64,000 bases of DNA from Microgenomates group bacterium (GTDB lineage Bacteria; Patescibacteriota; Microgenomatia; PFEM01; JBNASD01). Positions 58,492-64,000 of this stretch are shown in pieces (positions within the stretch are counted from its first letter, which is position 1; every line of letters starts with the position of its first letter). The stretch is from NCBI GenBank assembly GCA_049720225.1, contig JBNASD010000002.1, positions 1,622-65,621 of the forward strand. The letters run 5' to 3'. The position numbers and the translations under genes are program-made. Under the pieces are notes generated by a model. It did no database searches. It was not told the origin of the DNA and saw nothing but the letters and a program-made list of their open reading frames with translations.

Positions 58492-58965
58492 TTACTTCAA
58501 ATACCTTTTATACTTCCCAAAACAAAGTCTTGGTCCAAAACCTAAAGGATGAAGTTTTTTAATTGAAGTGATTAAAACTTTATTTTTATCAGAGTCTGAA
58601 ATTAATATTTCTATATCTTCTTTGGTTAATTCTGAAAACTCCCAAAGAAGTTGTCGACAAATTCCACAAGGACCTGAATGAATTTTTACTTTAAAATAAT
58701 CGCTTTTGGCAATAATAGCAAGTTTTTTAATATGATATTCTCCTTCGGTTACCATTTGAGAAATTGCTGATCTTTCTGCGCAGATTCCTCCATAAGCGCA
58801 GGTATTGATATTTACTCCTTTATAAATATTTCCTTTTTTAGTTAATAAAGCACACCCAACATAAAATTGAGAATAAGGATCATAGGCATTTTTTAATACT
58901 TCTTCTGCTTCATTAATTAATTTTTGATCTTGGACTGAAAGTTTATTAAATTGAATTTTTTTCAT
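58492..58965 (-). CDS. cdd: cytidine deaminase
   Basis: 157 aa; CAERSAI and PCGICRQ zinc-binding motifs. Confidence 0.85.
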   Translation of the reverse strand: MKKIQFNKLSVQDQKLINEAEEVLKNAYDPYSQFYVGCALLTKKGNIYKGVNINTCAYGGICAERSAISQMVTEGEYHIKKLAIIAKSDYFKVKIHSGPCGICRQLLWEFSELTKEDIEILISDSDKNKVLITSIKKLHPLGFGPRLCFGKYKRYLK

Positions 58966-58967
58966 AT

Positions 58968-60371
58968 TTAAAATTCCCTTCTAATTGGTCTTCTTTTTCT
59001 TTGAGATTTGGAAGGAAAATTTTCAACGATTGAAAAATATATATTAATCTCTGGCCCAAAAACAATTCCTAGTAATTGACGCAAGTGGTTAAAAGATTTT
59101 TCTCTTTTTTCTAAATCTCTAAGTAAATTTTCTTCTTTCAAAGTTACTTTAAAACTTGTGGGTGATGTTTGTACTATTTCAAACTCTTGAATATTAATTC
59201 CAATATCAAACATCCAGCGATAACTTATATCTAAAATAGTTCCAGCTGGAATAATTAAGCCATCACTTCGCAAGAAAGCATCATTTTGTCGACCTTCTAC
59301 TTTTTCAATTTGCCTCCAACTTATACTACATGGCTCTTGTTCTTCAATAGTTACTAGATCTCCCTGAACATATTTAATAAAAGGCATTGCAGAGTTTAGT
59401 AAATTTGTTCCCACTACTAAACCAGTACCTTTTTTAATAGGTTTCATTGTTTCTGGAGTAACAACATCTACCCTCACTGTGTCTTCGCAAAGATGATAAT
59501 GACCACAGGGAAGTTCAAGCGCTATTCTAGTTAATTCTTCTGAACTATATTCATCTAATACAGGAATACCACCTAATTTTTCCATTAGATCTCTTCTTTC
59601 TTCTTTAGAAGACATTTCTGAATGGACAACAACTAGTTTTAATCGCTCTTTTGCTTCATCCGATAAAAAAGGAAATATTGACTGGAGATTGGTTGGATAA
59701 AGCGATAATATTTCTGGTTTAACTTCTTTCAAAATTTCTGCTATTTCTTGAGGATTAATTAAACTACTTATAAATATAGATTGATAATCGCCATTACTTA
59801 TTGAATCAACCCACCAAGGCACAGTATAAACATGTGCTATTGTCCAATCTTTATTGTAAACCCCCCCACTTTGCAACCAAAATTGGCGCACACCTTGAAA
59901 AGTGTCTGTAATAATTGCTTCTGGATTAACATATATTCTTAATGTTTTTCCAGATGAACCGCTTGATCTTGTTGGAAATAAATCATCAATTCTACAATCT
60001 GGATTTACACATCTATGTGGAAAAGCATCAATTAGCTCATCTTTTGTTATTACTGGTAAACGATGATAATCATCCCAACTTCTAAGATCGCTTGGCTCAA
60101 AACCTTCCTTTTGATATTTTTCTCTATAAACAGGAATTTTCTCATAAGCTAGAGTTACAAGATTTTTAATTCTTTCAAATTGTCTTCTTTCAATTTCTTC
60201 AAAAGACAAAAAAGGTGCTTCGTATAAAGCTCTTAAATATTCAGGATTATAGGAGAGTGATAAAGCTTGTCTAAACTCTGGAGAAGTTTTGTGCATCGAG
60301 GGTAATCTTTCTGTTTCCCAATACTCAACTACTTTTTGTGATTTTTGGACTTTTTCTTTCATTTCTATCAA
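58968..60371 (-). CDS. PaaK-like adenylate-forming enzyme (phenylacetate-CoA ligase / F390 synthetase / CapK family)
   Basis: 467 aa; N-terminal FEEIERRQFERIKNLVTLAYEKIPVYREKY and nucleotide-binding TRSSGSSGKTLRIY. Confidence 0.65.
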   Translation of the reverse strand: MIEMKEKVQKSQKVVEYWETERLPSMHKTSPEFRQALSLSYNPEYLRALYEAPFLSFEEIERRQFERIKNLVTLAYEKIPVYREKYQKEGFEPSDLRSWDDYHRLPVITKDELIDAFPHRCVNPDCRIDDLFPTRSSGSSGKTLRIYVNPEAIITDTFQGVRQFWLQSGGVYNKDWTIAHVYTVPWWVDSISNGDYQSIFISSLINPQEIAEILKEVKPEILSLYPTNLQSIFPFLSDEAKERLKLVVVHSEMSSKEERRDLMEKLGGIPVLDEYSSEELTRIALELPCGHYHLCEDTVRVDVVTPETMKPIKKGTGLVVGTNLLNSAMPFIKYVQGDLVTIEEQEPCSISWRQIEKVEGRQNDAFLRSDGLIIPAGTILDISYRWMFDIGINIQEFEIVQTSPTSFKVTLKEENLLRDLEKREKSFNHLRQLLGIVFGPEINIYFSIVENFPSKSQRKRRPIRREF

Positions 60372-60648
60372 TTATTATATCATACGTTTTTACGGTTTTA
60401 TTATTATTAAGCTATTTTTAACTCAAAAAAGTTTTTCAACATAATTAAATCAATTTCAAATTCAACTTTTCTTTTCAAGAATAAGTCTTTTAATGGGAGC
60501 ATAAATCAAGAGAATTAAATTTTCACTTCTTACTTAAATATTTAAATTAAGAAACTTCAAAATCATTTTTTTAATTTGGAATTTTTAAAAATCAAATTTA
60601 TTTATTTCCTCTCTTGACAAAAAAAGACAATTATTCATAATTTTATAA

Positions 60649-61593
60649 TTGATTTATTTTTTCAAAATGCTAATTCAAAAAATTTCTCCGCATTTAAAGA
60701 AATTGGCTAAAAATTGTCCGGAGATTGAAAAGGAATTTTATCGCTCTGAAGAAGAAGAATTATTTAAAGAAAAAGATTTTCTTGACCCTCTTTTAGAAGA
60801 AAAATTTACTCCTGTTAAAGGATTAATTCATAAATATTCAAATCGGGTGCTAATTTTACTTACCATGAAATGTGCTTCTTATTGTCGATTTTGTACCCGA
60901 AGAAGAACGGTTTCAGAAATTAAAAAGGGAAAAATTTCTCCTAAAGATTTAGAAGAAATGATAAATTATGTTAAGTCTCATTCGGAAATTAAAGAAATAA
61001 TTTTAAGCGGAGGAGATCCTTTTATGGTTCCCCAAACTTTAAGGTTGGCTTTAAAAAAATTTTCTTCTTTACCACAAATTAAAGTTATAAGGATCGGAAC
61101 GCGGGTACCTGTTTCTAATCCGCGGTTAGTAACCGATGATCTTTTAAATACTTTTTCCAAAATTAAGCAACCACTCTATGTAATGATTCACTTTGAGCAT
61201 CCCAACGAGATTACTTCTTTAACAATTAAGGCAATAGAAAAATTAAGGAAAGCGGGAGCAATTCTTTTTTCCCAAACGGTGTTTCTTAAAGGAGTAAATG
61301 ATAAGGTAGAAATTTTAGAAGAATTATTTACTCGGTTGATTGAGATTGGAGTTAAGCCTTATTATATTTTCCATTGTGATCCGGTGGTTGGCACAAAGCA
61401 TTTTTGGGTAAAGATAGAAAAAGAAATAGAGATTATGACAGAGTTAAGAAAACGACTTTCCGGATTAGCTTATCCTTTATACGTGATTGATGTTCCCCAC
61501 GGATTTGGCAAAATCCCCGTTCCTCTTAAATTTTGGGAATTTAGTTTAACCCATTATAAAGATTTTGAAGGAAAGGAACAAAAAATAATTTAA
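60649..61593 (+). CDS. KamA-family radical SAM protein (lysine 2,3-aminomutase-like, short EpmB-type)
   Basis: 314 aa; CASYCRFCTRRR (CxxxCxxC radical-SAM motif in KamA context). Confidence 0.8.
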   Translation: MIYFFKMLIQKISPHLKKLAKNCPEIEKEFYRSEEEELFKEKDFLDPLLEEKFTPVKGLIHKYSNRVLILLTMKCASYCRFCTRRRTVSEIKKGKISPKDLEEMINYVKSHSEIKEIILSGGDPFMVPQTLRLALKKFSSLPQIKVIRIGTRVPVSNPRLVTDDLLNTFSKIKQPLYVMIHFEHPNEITSLTIKAIEKLRKAGAILFSQTVFLKGVNDKVEILEELFTRLIEIGVKPYYIFHCDPVVGTKHFWVKIEKEIEIMTELRKRLSGLAYPLYVIDVPHGFGKIPVPLKFWEFSLTHYKDFEGKEQKII

Positions 61594-61652
61594 ATATTCT
61601 TTTTTATTTCTGAGAAAAATTTTTTCAAAATATAATAAAAGGGGGAATTAAT

Positions 61653-64000
61653 TTAAAGATAGAACTTTTTAAAGAATAATCGCTTTCCTATTTCTGTAAG
61701 AATAAAATAAGCAATAAGAATAAAAATAATCCATAACCATAGCCAAAATGGTAAATTAACAAAATCAAAAAGCTTTTCTCCTAAAGCCAATAACGGAAGA
61801 ATAATTACCATTCCTCCTGAAAAAAGACTGGCCAAAATTAAAATTTTACTGGGACTGCTTTTATAAAACGGAAGTTTAGTTCTGATAACAAAAGTAATTA
61901 ACATTTCCGAGAGAGAAGATTCAATAAACCAGGCAGTTCTTAAAATTTCCGCCGGTAATTTCCAAAAAAAGACAATAGGAAGAATAACCAATAAATCAAA
62001 AATTGAACTTATTAAACCAAAATAAAGCATAAAATTATTAATCATTTTAATATTCCAACGTTTTGGTTTTTTGGTAAATTGAGGATCAACTTTGTCAGTA
62101 GTAATCGCGCATAAGGGAATATCAGTAAGAAAATTAATTAAAAGAATTTGTTTAGGAAGGAGGGGAATGAATTTTAAAAATAAAGACGCCAGGGCAACGG
62201 TAGTCATATTGCCAAAATTAGCGCTAATGGTATTCATGATGTATTTCATAATATTTCCGAAAGTTTTTCTTCCGGCTTTAATTCCCAACGCGAGAATTCC
62301 TAAATCTTTTTCAAGAAGAATAATATCAGCCGCTTCTTTAGCGACAGGAGCACCGGTATCAACAGCAATTCCCACATCCGCTGCCTTTAAGGCAGGAGCA
62401 TCATTAATGCCATCACCAAGGAAACCTACTACATGACCTTTTTTGTTTAAGAAAGCAACAATTTGGTATTTTTGTTCTGGAGTAAGACGAGCAAAAAAAT
62501 CATATTTCCAGGCAGCTTCTTCTAATTTTTCTTTGTTTAAAATTTTAAAATTTTCGCCAGAAAAAATTTTATTTTCATCAACTTTAAAACCAACCTGATT
62601 AGCAATGCTTTTAGTAACTACCAAACTATCTCCGCTTAAAATTTTAATTTTTATTCCCAACTCTTGGAGTAATTTAATTGATTTTTTAATATTAGGTTTG
62701 AGAGGATCACTAAAAAGTAAAAAGCCAACTAACGATAAATTTTTTTCATCTTCTTTGGTTGAGGTTTTTTTATCAAGTTGAGTTTCTCCTACAGCAATTA
62801 CCCGAAAACCTTTTTCTTCATAATTTTTTACATTTTTTAAAAAAAATTCCTTCTTTTCAGAGGAAAGATTAGTAATTGACAAAATAGATTCAGGAGAGCC
62901 CTTAACGATAAGGAAGTTTTTTTGTTTGTAATTTACCAAAACACTCATTCTTCGTCGTTTAAAATCAAATTCATTTTCGTCAAGGGGTTGATATTCACTA
63001 AGCTTATTTTTTAAAGTTTTTACTTTATCGCTTTTCCAAAGAGCTTGATCGATGGGATTGGTAGAAAAAGAATTTTGGCCATAAATAAAGTTTTTAGTAC
63101 AAACTAAAGCTTTCACTAAAACTTGATTATCATTTACCCCATTAAGATTAAGATATTTAATAAGAGAAAGCACTCCTTTTGTAAGAGTTCCTGTTTTGTC
63201 GAAACAAAGAGTATCAATATTTCCTAAATCCTCTACGGAGATTAATCGTTTGACTACAACTTTTTTACGGGCCATTTTTAAAGCTCCTTGAGAGAGGGTA
63301 ATAGTGATGATTACCGGGAGAAGTTCAGGAGTAATTCCTACTCCCAAAGCAATGGCAAAAAGAAAAGAATCAATTATTCCTTTTCCAAACCAAGAATTAA
63401 CTAGAAAAACTAAAATAGTCATTATTAAAAAAACTCGAAAAATGAATGAGCTAAACTTACGAATTTCTTTTTGAAATTCTGTTTCTAAATCATTTTTTTC
63501 AAGATAAAAAGTAGTTTTTCCCAAAAAAGTGTAATTTCCGGTAGCGGTAACGACGCCGATTCCGTATCCTCCAGTGATGTGAGTTCCCATAAAAACCATA
63601 TTGGTGATTTTTGCAGGATGATCTGAATTTTCTTTAATTGGTTGAGTAGTCTTATTTACCGGAAAAGACTCTCCGGTTAAAGAAGATTCGTTTGCCAACA
63701 ATTCATCAACTTGAATAAGACGAATATCGGCGGGAACTAAATCGCCAATTTGAAGTTTGACAATATCGCCAATCACTAAATTTTTACTTTCTATCTCTTG
63801 CCATTTTCCCTCTCTTTTAACCATTACTTTATGAGAGATTAATTTTTTAAGTTTTTGGGAGATTTTTTCTGCTTTATATTCTTGGAAAAAGCCCAAAAAA
63901 GCACTTCCCATTATAATGAAAAGAATAATTACCGAATTAAAATGTTCTCCTAAAAGAAAAAGAATTAATGTGGTAAACACTAAAATTAACATAAACCAAT
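61653..64000 (-). CDS. cation-transporting P-type ATPase (partial; N-terminus beyond window end)
   Basis: DKTGTLT phosphorylation motif, TGES actuator motif, GDGINDAPALKAADVGIA hinge; the ORF is open to the window edge. Confidence 0.85.
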   Translation of the reverse strand, partial: WFMLILVFTTLILFLLGEHFNSVIILFIIMGSAFLGFFQEYKAEKISQKLKKLISHKVMVKREGKWQEIESKNLVIGDIVKLQIGDLVPADIRLIQVDELLANESSLTGESFPVNKTTQPIKENSDHPAKITNMVFMGTHITGGYGIGVVTATGNYTFLGKTTFYLEKNDLETEFQKEIRKFSSFIFRVFLIMTILVFLVNSWFGKGIIDSFLFAIALGVGITPELLPVIITITLSQGALKMARKKVVVKRLISVEDLGNIDTLCFDKTGTLTKGVLSLIKYLNLNGVNDNQVLVKALVCTKNFIYGQNSFSTNPIDQALWKSDKVKTLKNKLSEYQPLDENEFDFKRRRMSVLVNYKQKNFLIVKGSPESILSITNLSSEKKEFFLKNVKNYEEKGFRVIAVGETQLDKKTSTKEDEKNLSLVGFLLFSDPLKPNIKKSIKLLQELGIKIKILSGDSLVVTKSIANQVGFKVDENKIFSGENFKILNKEKLEEAAWKYDFFARLTPEQKYQIVAFLNKKGHVVGFLGDGINDAPALKAADVGIAVDTGAPVAKEAADIILLEKDLGILALGIKAGRKTFGNIMKYIMNTISANFGNMTTVALASLFLKFIPLLPKQILLINFLTDIPLCAITTDKVDPQFTKKPKRWNIKMINNFMLYFGLISSIFDLLVILPIVFFWKLPAEILRTAWFIESSLSEMLITFVIRTKLPFYKSSPSKILILASLFSGGMVIILPLLALGEKLFDFVNLPFWLWLWIIFILIAYFILTEIGKRLFFKKFYL

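Noticed and set aside
60372-60648. Small ORF or ncRNA in the 277-bp AT-rich spacer between the PaaK-like and KamA-like genes
   Set aside because: There is no ORF of meaningful length and no recognisable structured RNA motif; a TTGACA...CATAAT promoter-like pair near 60613..60645 suggests it is simply a divergent promoter region.

Overview
This is an AT-rich (roughly 33% GC by eye), gene-dense bacterial chromosomal window with short intergenic spacers and many overlapping stop/start codons. It contains the chromosomal replication origin neighbourhood: rpmH-rnpA-yidD-yidC-jag on the minus strand, divergent from dnaA-dnaN, with perfect DnaA boxes. Upstream of the origin are a glycolysis cluster (gap-pgk-tpi, with an archaeal-type TIM), an Fe-S cluster operon (ArsR-like regulator, iscS, iscU), cell-envelope and isoprenoid genes, groES-groEL, a large DUF4012 protein and DNA-repair genes. 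Downstream of the origin the most striking region is a roughly 16 kb type-IV-secretion-like locus: a VirB4 ATPase that appears split into two genes, a VirB6/TrbL-like channel protein, a PrgI/VirB3-like protein, a CHAP-domain cell-wall hydrolase and a large Cys-rich secreted protein. It carries nine tandem paralogues of a small VirB2/TrbC-like pilin, two of them with Cys-rich extensions, and an embedded ECF sigma module. No coupling protein, relaxase or integrase is visible. The remainder holds smpB plus tmRNA (with comFC abutting it), eight tRNAs that encode their own CCA (four Ser isoacceptors, Arg-GCG, Arg-CCG, Cys, Asn), uppS/uppP, dnaG-rpoD followed by a stand-alone sigma region-4 protein, a KamA-like radical SAM enzyme divergent from a PaaK-like adenylating enzyme, and a partial P-type ATPase. 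The gene content and style suggest a Candidate Phyla Radiation (Patescibacteria) genome. That is an inference from composition and gene families, not a database result.
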